A DNA stretch of 64,000 nucleotides from Octopus vulgaris. Taxonomy: Eukaryota. Position 1 is the first letter of the stretch. Each line of letters begins with the position of its first letter. Of the stretch, positions 51,790 to 64,000 are shown piece after piece. The DNA is taken from contig OX597818.1 in assembly GCA_951406725.2 (NCBI GenBank), forward strand, positions 24,304,001 to 24,368,000. The letters run 5' to 3'. Under the pieces are notes generated by a model. It saw only the letters and a program-made list of their open reading frames with translations, did no database searches and was not told the origin of the DNA. A program made the position numbers and the translations under genes.

Positions 51790-53060
51790 TTCATCAGGAT
51801 GGAACCTGCCTTGGCATTGTGGATCAGTAACTGCAAGAAGAAAAACATCTCCTTGAGTGGTAACATCATTTGCGAAAAAGCGCTGAAATTATACCAGCAG
51901 TTTGACAGAGGGGACAGAGCAGAAGGCACCGAAGAACTGCAACCAAGACCATTGACAGCACCAGAGCCCAAAGACTTTCAAGCTAGCAAGGGATGGTTTG
52001 ATAGTTTCCAGAAATGGTTTAAAATAAAGTGTGCTTCCCTGCATGAAGAGACAGCATCAGCTGACAAAGAAGCCACCAAGAAGTACCTCGAGACCTTCAC
52101 GCAGATCATCGAGGACAAGGGATACAAGCTGGAGCAGGTTTTCAATATGGACAAGAAGATGGCTTCTAGAATGTACATCATGAAGGCCAAAGCCAGAGCC
52201 CCAGGATTTAAGGCACAGAAGGACAAAGTGATGCTAATTATGTGTGGCACTGCTGCTGGTTTCCTGATGAAACCAGGATTTATCTACAAGTCTGCGAACC
52301 CAAGGGCCTTCTAAAATACGAATAAAAACCTGCTGCCTGTCCACTGGATGCACAACCCCAAGGCCTGGATTACCAAAAGTCTAACTTTAAATTGGTTCCA
52401 CCAATGCTTCATCCCTCAAGCCAAGGAATACCTCCAAAACATACGCATGGAATTCAAGGTGTTACTGAATCACAAGAGAGTCCAAGTCAAGTTCCTCCCT
52501 GCCAACACCACCTCCCTCATCCAGCATATGGATCAAGGCACTTTACACTCAGAACTCTTGAACACCTTATGGCCACAATGGATTCAGATGAGAATTTCAA
52601 GTTAAAGGTGTACTGGCATAACTTCACAAATGCAACATGGCTGTCAGTCATCCATGCTGCTCTTAAAAACATGGAAACAGAAACCCTAATCACATACTGG
52701 AAGAATGTGTGGCCATAGTGTGTCCAGGACTATGAGGGTTTCTCAGCTGAAGATATTCAGCATGAGGCTATCAACAATGCAGTGAAACTGGCAAAGGTAC
52801 TTGGCAAAGATTTTCACATCACGCAAGATGAGGTCAATGAAACCCTGACAGATGAAGATTTGTTGGAGTCAACGAACTCTACCAGCAAAAAGAGGGAGGA
52901 AGTGGAGGACGAGATGGGCCTGGCAGTTGAATGTCTGTCCAACCTTTTAAGGACAGCATAGAAATTGCAAAGGAAGGCAGAAGCTATTGATACTGTCATG
53001 CAGACATATAAAACTCTCTTCTCTACCATGAAGAAAACTTTCCATCACAATTTTTATCAA
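51790..53060 (+). mobile_element. Tigger/pogo transposase remnant (CENP-B HTH + DDE_1)
   Basis: MEPALALWI..IICEKA; FQASKGWF; EQVFNMD; NPKAWIT; FLPANTTSLIQHMDQG; stops and frameshifts. Confidence 0.85.
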
Positions 53061-53364
53061 GGCCTTCCTAATGCCAACCACTCCGAGAGTGTAGTGGATG
53101 CTTTTTATGTGCCACTGGCATGATGGCCAGTAAGGCGGTGCAGGCATTGACCATGCTTGAATGGTGCTTTTTACATGCCACCAGCATGGGACCAGTCAGT
53201 GGGTACTGGCATTGGCCATGTTCGGATGGTGCTTTTTATGCGCTAGACATATACACACATATATATATGCACATTACAAATATATATATATTATATATAC
53301 ACACACACATATATATACATATATGTTGGATTTAATGTGCTAAGCAGTGTTTACGGATAATCAC

Positions 53365-53426
53365 AATTTAGGTTAGTTGAAACATGTTCGTCACATATGA
53401 CAAACATATTTCAACTAACCTAAATT
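53365..53426. repeat. Imperfect hairpin (~29-bp arms)
   Basis: AATTTAGGTTAGTTGAAACATGTTCGTCA-CATA-TGACAAACATATTTCAACTAACCTAAATT. Confidence 0.75.
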
Positions 53427-53447
53427 ATACATATACGTATGTATGTA

Positions 53448-53482
<35 letters not shown>

Positions 53483-53499
53483 TGCACCAGTTTCACATA

Positions 53500-53940
53500 G
53501 CCCTAACTCATCCAAAGTACCTTGGATCGCAGAACAGCCTGCTGTGCATACCTTGGATTGTAGGGCAACCAGCTGTGCTTGAGGAAACCAATTGAGTCAA
53601 GTACATCAACATCAAAATAAAAATGAAATGGAAATTGTACTCATAGTACCTGTGCTGGAGGCACATAAAAAGCACCATTCGAACATGGCCAATGCCAGCG
53701 CTGCCTTGACTGGCTTCCATGCCGGTGGCATGTAAAAAGCACCAACTAATCGTGGCTGCTGCCAGCCTCCCCTGGCACCTGTGCCGGTGGCATGTAAAAA
53801 GCACCCACTACACTCACGGAGTGGTTGGCGTTAGGAAGGGCATCAGGCTGTAGAAACACTGCTAGATCAGATTGGAGCCTGGTGCGAACTGTCCAACCCA
53901 TGCTAGCATGGAAAACAGACATTAGATGATGATGATGATA
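53500..53940 (+). mobile_element. RTE 3' UTR fragment
   Basis: Homologous to 39760-40177 and 59560-59750; (GAT)n tail. Confidence 0.8.
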
Positions 53941-54361
53941 TATACATAGTTATAGTGTTTTGGAAATTCCTTGATATAGTTATAATATTTGGGGAGAAGA
54001 TTTTTCTCAAAGAATTATGATTGAGGAAAGAACCTTTTTAGAAAGTCAAAAGACACTAATTTTTGCGAAGAGAGTTGGCATAATGTGTGTGGGTTTTGTT
54101 TTTATAGACGGTTTCATCATCCAGCCCACATCTTGGACATTCCATGGCTGGATAATTATTTTGAACAGGTATGCATTACTGTAACACTGCCAGGTCAGGG
54201 ATTTTTGGTAATTATCCAAATACTCTGGCCCGAAAGTATTTTTGAACAGGTTGGTGAGTTGACTCTCATCAAACCCCAGATTCCTCCTGGAAAATCATCA
54301 TTTTTGTGCTCTACCATCACTCCGTTTTGGAGCAGGCAGTGCGTAGTCCTTTCCTTTTGGC

Positions 54362-54629
54362 ATGTGTATATATATATACATATAAAGATATTTCATATAT
54401 ACATATATATACATAAATATATAAATACATATATATGCATTCATCATCATCATCATATATATATATATATATAAATACATATACATTTATATGCAGGTAT
54501 ATACATATATGTATATATATATATATATAAATACATATACATTTATATGCAGGTATATACATACATATATGTATATATATATATATATATATAAATACAT
54601 ATACATTTATATGCAGGTATATACATACA

Positions 54630-54669
<40 letters not shown>

Positions 54670-54718
54670 CAAATATACATATATATATACATACAAATAT
54701 ACATATATATATATACAT

Positions 54719-54756
<38 letters not shown>

Positions 54757-54817
54757 CATATCTATATATACATATATATATATACATGGATATATATACA
54801 TAAGTATGTATATATAT

Positions 54818-54888
<71 letters not shown>

Positions 54889-55222
54889 CATATACATATA
54901 TATACATTTATATATATATATATACACACATATACATATATATATATATATACATACACATATATATATACATATACATATATATATATATACATGTATA
55001 CACACACACACACATACACACACACATATATATATATATATATACACACACATACATATATATACATAATTATACATACATATAGATATACATATACATA
55101 TACACACACACACACATATATATATATATACACATACATATATACATACATAATTATACATACATATATATATTTATATATATACACATATATATACATA
55201 CATATATATACATATATATATA
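54362..55222. repeat. Complex (TA/CA)n microsatellite with three ATAAATACATATACATTTATATGCAGG higher-order units
   Basis: Directly visible. Confidence 0.9.
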
Positions 55223-55967
55223 TGTTTTTCAAACCTATTTATCTAATGTTTATTTATCGACAATGCAGTCCCCAGTCAAATTCCCTCACACCGCTTATTG
55301 TCACGTGTCCCTTGACCTCTCTCTCTAACTAACCCTATCTCTCTCTCGCTATGTTCCCCCTTCCCATAACCATCATCGCCATGGTCCTCTATGCCCCCCC
55401 CCCACTCCCCAAAACCATCATCGCCATACATAAAAGAGCGATCGCATTTATCGTTAACCCCACTCGCTTCAAAATATCTAAAGAATACGCACAGATCATG
55501 AATGGCTAAAAGTTAAGTGAATCGTTCAACCTCGCTACGACTACCTTCTTTCTTGCACTTATCCTTACTCTTTCTCTATTCTTCAATTTCCATCTCATTG
55601 TATTGTCCCTCATTCTTTCAGTATTCCCTCATTACCCTGTCTAGCTCAAACATTTTTTTCGTTTAGACTTGTCTCCAGGTTCATAGCCACTCTGATTTTT
55701 CAATTTTTCAATTTTTCGTTTAGTATTGTCTCCCGATTCATACTAACCCATTTGCTAGCTCACGATTAACAGAACCTCTTTACTCAGCTACGGTGCACCC
55801 GCCCTCCCACCCCCACCACGCATGCCGGAAGTTCCTATTCTCTTCCATTCCGGGGTTGCTTCCCATGAAGACTGCAAATGCTCTCACCATCCCTACCCCT
55901 CCCTACCCCTAGTCTCGACCTATGTAAGGTAATGTTCATACAGTGCAAAATATGAAAGGCTAGCGTT

Positions 55968-57074
55968 ATGCAGGTTGTACTGAAGGCTACTTTACTACTT
56001 CATTTTTTGCACATGAATTCTGCCAAATGCGAGCTTTCTTTTCAGGTACACGAAGCTACTGTCCACCGTCCCAGGGTCTCTAGAGCCCATGCCTTCCACA
56101 CCCTCAGGGTTGGCACCCTCAACGTTGGCACTCTGAAAGGTAGGTCTGGTGAGATAGTCGAGATGCTTGAACGGAGATGTGTGGATATATGTTGCATGCA
56201 AGAAATAAGGTGGAGAGGAGGATCAGCTAGGTTCCTCACAGGCAAGGAACGCAGGTACAAGATTTTCTGGGCAGGGAATACTGACGGGGTTGGTGGCGTG
56301 GGTATACTTATCGCTGAGAAATGGGTAGATAAAGTAATTGAGGTAATCAGAGTAAGTGACAGAATACTTAAGATTAGATTAGTGCTTCATCATAGTTTAG
56401 CAACCATTATATCAGCCTATGCTCCTCAGTCGGGGCTACCCGATGGACAGAAAGACCGATTCTATGACACTCTACTGCAGACTACCTCATTGACGAACGA
56501 CAGAGACCTTATCTTTGTGGCTGGTGACTTCAATGGTCACGTTGGACGACATGCTGGGGGCTTCCATGGCGTACATGGAGGCTACGGCTATGGCTCCCGC
56601 AACGAGGAGGGAACCAGGCTGCTGGAGTTCTGCGATGCAAATAATCTTATGATTTGCAACACTAACTTCAGGAAACCTACCAGCCACCTAGTCACTTACC
56701 AATCGGGCCAACATACCAGCCAAATTGACTACATCCTTACAAGGCAAAGGGAGAGATGGCTGCTTATAAATGCCAAAACCTTCCCAGGTGAAGAATGTAC
56801 CCCACAACATAGACTGGTAGTTAGTGACTTTAGGATCAGGACTAGGAGGACAACCAGAAGACGACAAATATGGAGAAGAAGGATCTGGAAGCTTAAAGAT
56901 CCTGCAAATGGACAGAGATTTAGGGACATATTACTTGAAGCCTCTGACGAAGTAGAAGGGGATAGAGCATCACAGGGGGTAGAAGACAGCTGGACGTTTC
57001 TAAGGGACAACCTGCTGAGAGCCACTGACCAGATCTGTGGCTGGTGCAAAGTCCCCCCTCTCGACCTAGAATAA
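55968..57074 (+). CDS. RTE apurinic-like endonuclease domain (N-terminal part of frameshifted ORF)
   Basis: GTLNVGTL, CMQEIRW, SAYAPQ, GDFNGHVG, QIDYIL and QHRLVV motifs. Confidence 0.9.
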   Translation: MQVVLKATLLLHFLHMNSAKCELSFQVHEATVHRPRVSRAHAFHTLRVGTLNVGTLKGRSGEIVEMLERRCVDICCMQEIRWRGGSARFLTGKERRYKIFWAGNTDGVGGVGILIAEKWVDKVIEVIRVSDRILKIRLVLHHSLATIISAYAPQSGLPDGQKDRFYDTLLQTTSLTNDRDLIFVAGDFNGHVGRHAGGFHGVHGGYGYGSRNEEGTRLLEFCDANNLMICNTNFRKPTSHLVTYQSGQHTSQIDYILTRQRERWLLINAKTFPGEECTPQHRLVVSDFRIRTRRTTRRRQIWRRRIWKLKDPANGQRFRDILLEASDEVEGDRASQGVEDSWTFLRDNLLRATDQICGWCKVPPLDLE

Positions 57075-59137
57075 CGTGGTGGTGGAACAATATTGTAGAC
57101 AGGGCTATTAGAGAAAAGAGACAGGCTTGGAAGGTCTGGAAAAATGGGGGTAGCAGGGAATTGTATCAGACTGCCAAAAGAGAAGCTAGGAGACAGGTTT
57201 ATTTAGCCAGAGGGGAAGCAGATAAGAAAAAATTTGCCAATGTTCTGCGCCGTGAGGACCAAAGACTGGAGGTGTTTCGTGTTGCAAGACAGTGTGTGAG
57301 AGAGAATCGTGATGTGGTAGGAGAGAAGTGTGTTCGCATGGAAGATGGTTCACTTGCGCTAAATGAGGATGCAAAGAGAGAGGTTTGGAGATGCCACTAT
57401 GAAAGGTTGCTGAATGAAGAAAATGAATGGGATAAAGAGAGTCTGCCGAATGTTGACCCAACAGAGGGACCAGCTATCCGAGTTGATAGTTCTGTGGTAG
57501 CTAAGGCAATTAGAAGCATGAAGACAGGGAAAGCCCCAGGCCCATCAGGAATCACTGCAGAGATGCTCAAAATGTCTGGTAGTGTCGGCTATAGCCTAGT
57601 CACCCATATAGTTAATCAGGTGATACACAAAGGGGTCATACCCAATGACTGGTGTAGCAGTATAATAGTCAACTGCTACAAAGGTAAAGGTGATGCCCTA
57701 GATACAAACAACTACAGAGGTATCAAGCTGTTGGACCAGGTGATGAAGGTTACGGAGAGGGTCATAGCCCAACTAATTAGAGAGAGAGTTAGTTTAGATG
57801 AGATGCAGTTTGGGTTTGTGCCAGGGAAAAGTACTACTGATGCTATATTCCTGGTAAGGCAGCTGCAGGAGAAATACCTAGCCAAAGATAAGCCCCTGTA
57901 CCTGGCTTTTGTTGACATGGAGAAAGCCTTCGACAGGGTCCCCCGATCCCTTATCTGGTGGGCAATGAGAAAACTAGGGATAGATGAATGGTTAGTGAGA
58001 GCTGTGCGGGCCATGTATAGGGACGCCGCTAGTAGGGTGAGGGTTGGAAATGAGTACAGTGAAGAATTCCGGGTAGAGGTAGGGGTCCACCAAGGCTCAG
58101 TACTCAGCCCCCTCCTATTTATCATAGTCCTCCAGGCAATAACGGAGGAATTCAAGACAGGATGCCCTTGGGAACTCCTCTATGCTGATGACCTTGCTCT
58201 AATTGCTGAGTCGCTATCAGAACTGGAGGAGAAGTTTCAGGTGTGGAAACAAGGATTAGAATCGAAGGGCCTCAGAGTCAATCTAGCTAAAACCAAAGTC
58301 GTAATCAGTAGGAAGGTAGACAAATCACAAACACCTTCAGGTAGATGGCCCTGCTCGATCTGTAGAAAAGGTGTAGGTAGAAACTCTATAAGATGCACCA
58401 AGTGTAAGCTATGGACACATAAGAGATGCAGCAATGTCAAAGGAAGGCTAACTAGGAAGATGGTTTTTGTATGTGGCAGATGCTCAGGAACAATAATCAC
58501 TGAAAATGCTCTGAGACCAACTTCTGTCACTTTCCAGGGAGAAAAACTAGAAATAGTTGATAGTTTCCGTTACCTAGGTGACCAAGTCAGCAGCGGGGGC
58601 GGGTGTGCTGAAAGTGTAACTGCTAGAGTAAGAATAGCTTGGGCAAAGTTCAGAGAGCTCTTACCTCTGCTGGTGACAAAAGGCCTCTCGCACAGAGTGA
58701 AAGGCAGACTGTATGATGCGTGTGTACGAACAGCCATGCTACATGGCAGTGAAACATGGGCCGTGACTGCTGAGGATATGCGTAAGCTCGCTAGAAATGA
58801 AGCCAGTATGCTCCGATGGATGTGTAATGCCAGTACTCACACTCGGCAGAGTGTAAGTACCTTGAGAGAAAAGCTGGACCTAAGAAGCATCAGTTGTGGT
58901 GTGCAAGAGAGACGTTTGCGCTGGTATGGTCATGTGGCGAGAATGGATGAAGATAGTTGTGTGAAAAAGTGCCACACCCTAGCGGTTGAGGGAACCTGTG
59001 GAAGAGGCAGACCCAGGAAAACCTGGGACGAGGTGGTGAAGCACGACCTTCGAACTTTAGGTCTCACCGAGGAAATGACTAGAGACCGAGACCTCTGGAA
59101 GTGTGCTGTGCGCGAGAAGACCCGGCAGGACAAGTGA
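57044..59137 (+). CDS. RTE reverse transcriptase with embedded PHD-like zinc finger
   Basis: KAPGPSG, NYRGIKLL, QFGF, FVDMEKAFD, GVHQGSVLSPLLF, YADD, FRYLG; CSIC..CTKC..H.RC..CGRC. Confidence 0.92.
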   Translation: MQSPPSRPRITWWWNNIVDRAIREKRQAWKVWKNGGSRELYQTAKREARRQVYLARGEADKKKFANVLRREDQRLEVFRVARQCVRENRDVVGEKCVRMEDGSLALNEDAKREVWRCHYERLLNEENEWDKESLPNVDPTEGPAIRVDSSVVAKAIRSMKTGKAPGPSGITAEMLKMSGSVGYSLVTHIVNQVIHKGVIPNDWCSSIIVNCYKGKGDALDTNNYRGIKLLDQVMKVTERVIAQLIRERVSLDEMQFGFVPGKSTTDAIFLVRQLQEKYLAKDKPLYLAFVDMEKAFDRVPRSLIWWAMRKLGIDEWLVRAVRAMYRDAASRVRVGNEYSEEFRVEVGVHQGSVLSPLLFIIVLQAITEEFKTGCPWELLYADDLALIAESLSELEEKFQVWKQGLESKGLRVNLAKTKVVISRKVDKSQTPSGRWPCSICRKGVGRNSIRCTKCKLWTHKRCSNVKGRLTRKMVFVCGRCSGTIITENALRPTSVTFQGEKLEIVDSFRYLGDQVSSGGGCAESVTARVRIAWAKFRELLPLLVTKGLSHRVKGRLYDACVRTAMLHGSETWAVTAEDMRKLARNEASMLRWMCNASTHTRQSVSTLREKLDLRSISCGVQERRLRWYGHVARMDEDSCVKKCHTLAVEGTCGRGRPRKTWDEVVKHDLRTLGLTEEMTRDRDLWKCAVREKTRQDK

Positions 59138-60729
59138 GTCCACAACCCGTGGCCTTCTACATGGGATGGAGCCAGCCTACGTATGCATACCTTCCCTTCT
59201 TGGGACACAAAACTCTACTTGTGAAGACGTGTTGAGGCAAGTGAGGATCAGAATCGAAATCGATCAATGGAAATTGCGGATGTGCTACCAGTGCCGGTGG
59301 CATGTCGAAACTCTGCTTGTGAAGACCCATTGAGGCAAGTGAGGATCAGAATCGAAATCGATCAATGGAAATCGATCAATGGAAATTGCAGATGTGTTAC
59401 CAGTGCCGGTGGCATGTAAGAGAACCTTCCGTTTCGCGACCGTTGCCAGCACCGCCCCGTTTCGTGTTCGTTGCCAGCCTCGCCTGGCCCTCGTGCCGGT
59501 GGCACATAAAAAACACCATCCGTTCGTGGCCGTTTGCCAGCTCTGGCTGGCACCAGTGCGGGTGGCACGTAAAAAGCACCCACTACACTCACGGAGTGGT
59601 TGGCGTTAGGAAGGGCATCCAGCCGTAGAAACACTGCCAGATTTGACTGGGCCTGATGAAGCCTTCTGGCTTCACAGACCCCAGCAGAACCGTCCAACCC
59701 ATGCTAGCATGGAAAACGGACGCTAAATGATGATGATGATGATGATGATGATACATATATTCATACATATATTTATATATATATATACATACATATGTTT
59801 ATATACATATATATATATATATACAAATATACATGCATATACATAGGCATACATATATATATATACATACATATATATATATATGTACATTACATACATA
59901 TATACAAACGTATATATATATACATATATATATACACATACATATGTACATACATATATACATAAATATATATACATACATATTGCAGCCTCTGATCAAC
60001 ACGTGTGTTTCTAAGCGCCTAGAATATCATCAAAAAATTTCTGAAAAGCTGCGAATTCTATTATAAATGATACCCAAGAAAGCCTTGAATCTCTTCTTGA
60101 ATGATAAAGAATACACTTGAGGAAATATAAAGTGAAATATATTAAGCAGGAAGTATCTTTTGCGAATGTACGAATTATAAACATTGCAAGTAACAACATG
60201 TGGGTTTTACGAAATTTCTAAAATAACTGTGATTTTCGATCGGAAAAAAAAAAAAAAAGAACCACTATCTTAATAACTTTTGAGTGAAAACATAACAAGA
60301 CAAATTTAATGAAAAACCATCTGGAATATATAGAAGGGAAAAACAGAAAAACGGAAAGCCCTTATGAATATACAAAATGTAAACAAATGTATTGAGCAGC
60401 ACATGGTATCAGCATAACTTGAAAAGAAGTTCAAAATCTTGCACTGCCTTGGAAATACCCATCTCTTTGGAAGAACTAGATAAGTATCTCTGTGTATTTT
60501 CTGTCTTTTATTGAAGGCTATTATTAGGGAAAATTAGAAGGTTAAATCTACATAAGGTCTTTTCTCTGTTTTGCTTTTGACTTACTAGATTATTGATTAT
60601 TGTAGAGAGGTTTAACTTTCATTACTCCTGATTTAAGAGAATTTCTGTAGTTACAGATAGGTATATATTTATTTGTTCCTTTATTTATTTTTCCCTATCC
60701 AAGTCGAATCCTTTTCAAGAGTTTGCATA

Positions 60730-61420
60730 ACTTCTCTCTCTCTCTCTCTTCTCCATCATACCGTCATTTCCCCTTTCACTATTGCTTCTCTCTAAATATG
60801 TACACACTCTCTCTCTCTCTCTCTCTCTATCTCTTTACTTCACTCCATCATCCCATAATTCTTCTCTCAAACCCTTAATCTCTCTTCTACTGTTTCCTCT
60901 TTTTCTCACTCTCTCTATTTCCTCTCTATAAATACATAGAGACACACACTATCCCTTTCTCCTTTTCTTTACTTTTCTCCATCACACCATCCTTCTCTCA
61001 GCACCTCAAACTCCCTAAATATTATATATATATATATATGTATGTGCTTTGTATGTATGTATGTGTATGTATATATATATATATATAGACACACTCTTTC
61101 TCTCTCTTCTCTATTTTTTCACTTCCCTCTAACACACAGTCTTTTGTCTCTCAGATCCTCAACCTCTATTATAAATACATACCCCCTTTCTCTTTCTCTC
61201 ACTGTCTCTTTACATCTCTCCATCATGACTCTTTCTCTGTCTCTTCACTTCTCTCTGTCACACCATCTTTCTTTTCTCAGCCTCTCAATCTTCCTAAATA
61301 TATAGACATGAACATTCTCTCTCTCTCTCTCTCTCTCACTCTTCTCTCAGCTGCTCAATTTCTCTAAATATATAGACACACTTTCTTTCTCTAATTCTTC
61401 ACTACCCTCCATCACACTGT
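60730..61420. repeat. Pyrimidine-rich (CT)n low-complexity tract with degenerate repeated units
   Basis: Recurring CTAAATAT(A)..GACACACT.TC and TCTCAGC.CTCAA motifs. Confidence 0.7.
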
Positions 61421-61689
61421 TAAATTATTAAAAATAGATATATAGATAAATAAATAAATTATCCATAAAAATGTCCAGAACCTGGAGGAGCAAGGAATTG
61501 GCATTCTTTTAGAGAGCCTAGTACTGTGCTGAAGGAGATAACCCAAACGACATAATCACAGCTGTGCTGAAGAGCAATGGTTACACCAGAACATTAGCAC
61601 AGATAGAACGAAAGAAGCAGGAGTTTACACGCTTCTATGCTCTCATACAATCCCATATCAGTACTCTTGATTTCCTCAGAGCTTACAAC

Positions 61690-63180
61690 AAGTTTGCCAA
61701 AGAAACAGCTTCGGTGCACTGTAGGATAGAGCCACTCCTCTAAAAAGATGGTACACTCACAGGAATCCCAATGAGGATAAGTGAAATACTAAATGAGCAA
61801 TTCAAAAGTATTTTCACTCCACCCCTAGGGCACTTTCAAGTCAACAATCCAACTGACTTTTTTACTACTGTAGATATAAAAACAGAAGCAATGATGATTG
61901 ATTACATCAATATAAAGGAAGATGATGTAATAAGGGCTATAGATGAAATGAACCTAAACTCAGCTACTGGCCCAGATGGATTCACAGCAATCCTTCTAAA
62001 AGTATGTAAGCATGTCCTAGCAAGACCACTGCAGTCCCTCTTTCAGTGCTTCCTTGCAACTGGCAAACTTCCAAGAAAACTGAAGGAGGGTAAAATATGT
62101 CCTATTCATAAAGAAGGTAGCAGAGCGGAGGCCAAGAACTATCTCTCTGACCTCGCACATCAGCAAGGTTATGGAATGAATAGTCAGAAGGAAATTAATT
62201 GCCTTCCTTGAAGAAAATGACTTGCTGCCTGACAAAAGTATCACAGGTAATACAGAACCCTGAAGACATTATGCACCTGCAATGTGAGCTGGATGAAATA
62301 TACAAGTGGGCTGAAAAGAATAGCATGCATTTCAATGCTGAAAAGTTTCAAGCCTTGTGCTTTCAGCATGCAAAACTAAATGCAATACCCATTAAATACA
62401 CTGGATCTGGAGAGATTGCAATCCCAGAGGCACTGTCAGTGTGAGACCTGGGCATTTACATGAGTAATGATGCATCCTTCCATGTGCATGTTGCTAAATT
62501 GGCAATGAAATGCAGGCGGCTGACTGGATGGATTGTTAGAACTTTTAGAATGAGAAATCAGGAAACCTCTGGAGGACACTTGTCCTAAGCCACTTTGACT
62601 ACTGCTCTCAGCTATGGTCACCAACTAGTAACAAATTAATCTTAGAACTTGAGACAATCCCATGAAGCTATGTGAAGAAGATAGCCTCTATGCAGCATAT
62701 AAGCTACCGGGAAAGACTCAAGAGATTAAGACTCTATTCCTTAGAGCATAGGCAAGAAAGATATGCTATAATATACATCTGGAAGATCCTGGAAGGACTT
62801 GTCCCAAACTTTGGCAATGAGAGTTACACAAATACTAGAACTAGGCACCACTGCATAGTGCCAAGGACTCCTAATTTGCCATCAAGATATAGAAGATACT
62901 GCAATAGCCTGGGCTTCAGAGGTTCACAGCTCTTCAATATCCTCCTGAAGGAACTGAGAGACCTGCATGGGGTGGATGTAGGTGTCTTCAAAATAAAGCA
63001 GGACCTCTTACTGCCAAGTGTCTCAGATGAACCAACTTCACAGCAGGAGGTGCAGATGAGGGCAGCAGCATCAAACTCCCTCATGGACCAAATGTCAATT
63101 CCTAAAAAGTATTCGTGAAGTAAAATTATGTAGCAACACCAAATGGCGGTGCCCCAGCATGCCCACAACTCGTGAGCTGA
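61690..63180 (+). mobile_element. CR1-group LINE remnant with the RT core deleted
   Basis: SEILNEQFKSIFT; SATGPDG; ICPIHK.GSR..AKNY; RDLGI; SYRERLKRLRLYSLE..ERYAIIYIWKIL. Confidence 0.8.
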
Positions 63181-63199
63181 AACTATATATAAAAAAAAA

Positions 63200-63250
<51 letters not shown>

Positions 63251-63340
63251 TATATATATATATGTACACATATATACATAAATAAAGATAAAATCATTAT
63301 AAAAAGAACAATCTTATCAGTGGCTACTGTGAAACAACCC

Positions 63341-63833
63341 CAACATGCTAGAAATAGATGTCAAAATGACTCTGAAACCACATAATGCTCTCCTTTAGCA
63401 CTGGTAGAAAGTGAGAGAATGAAAAAAAGAGATTTAGCGAAGTCTTTTTAGAGGTTCATTCTAGATCTAACGATTTCTGGTTTAGCAATGAAAATTACTC
63501 TGCCTTTATCAATAGAATATACCAAAATAGTACATAAATGCAAATATATATACACACCATACATATACATATATTGACACATATATACGAGGCCAATCTA
63601 ATTATTCATCTCATCATGTGCATTTTTGATCAAAATTACATCACAGTGAATATAATGATCAGAGTGAATAAATATAAAATATGTATACATAAATAAGGAA
63701 TCGTTTGATCTAGAATCAACCTCTAAAAAGACTTTGCTAAATGTTTTTTATTCATTCCCTTGCTTTCTACCAGTGCTAAAGGAGTGCCTCGTGTGGTTTT
63801 AGAGTCATTTTGACATCTATTTCTAGCATGGTG
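63341..63833. repeat. Inverted repeat, ~138-bp diverged arms (63341-63478, 63696-63833)
   Basis: CATGCTAGAAATAGATGTCAAAATGACTCT pairs with AGAGTCATTTTGACATCTATTTCTAGCATG, and pairing continues along the arms. Confidence 0.8.
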
Positions 63834-64000
63834 GTGCTATTTCTCAGTACTCTAACTTATAATTATATAGATATAATTTTATATATATATATATATGCAC
63901 AACACACAGATATTATATATCAGTACATATATATATATAGAATATATAATCATATCATATACATGATATGGATAGATGGACAAGCAGACATTTGAAGAAA

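Larger units (their letters stand above)
55223..59750 (+). mobile_element. Near full-length RTE-clade LINE
   Basis: Pyrimidine-rich 5' UTR, APE+RT coding region, 3' UTR with tandem units and (GAT)n tail; flanked by TA-rich microsatellite on both sides. Confidence 0.92.

Noticed and set aside
55995-59208. Antisense ORFs over the RTE
   Set aside because: Shadow frames of the plus-strand coding sequence.

Overview
AT-rich, microsatellite-dense metazoan genomic DNA. The tRNA-derived SINE families, (GAT)n-tailed RTE LINEs and overall composition point to an octopod cephalopod (inference). Most of the window is transposon-derived. It holds a near-complete RTE LINE (~55.2-59.75 kb, one frameshift), a head-to-tail triple array of a composite non-autonomous Helitron carrying a mariner fragment (12.83-18.57 kb) and a solo Helitron. 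It also has remnants of CR1, R4/Dong, Penelope, Gypsy, mariner and Tigger elements, hAT and Tigger MITEs, many SINEs, a 5S rRNA pseudogene and several minimal hammerhead-ribozyme motifs. Hidden among these is a local gene family. One intact 87-aa secreted prepropeptide-like ORF (11291-11554; signal peptide, RR and RIRR sites) has two decayed paralogous exons (~26.8 and ~30.0 kb), and a TATA plus two-small-exon module occurs twice (~7.0 and ~41.2 kb). Most ORFs in the supplied track are microsatellite or antisense artefacts. All calls were made by eye without database searches.
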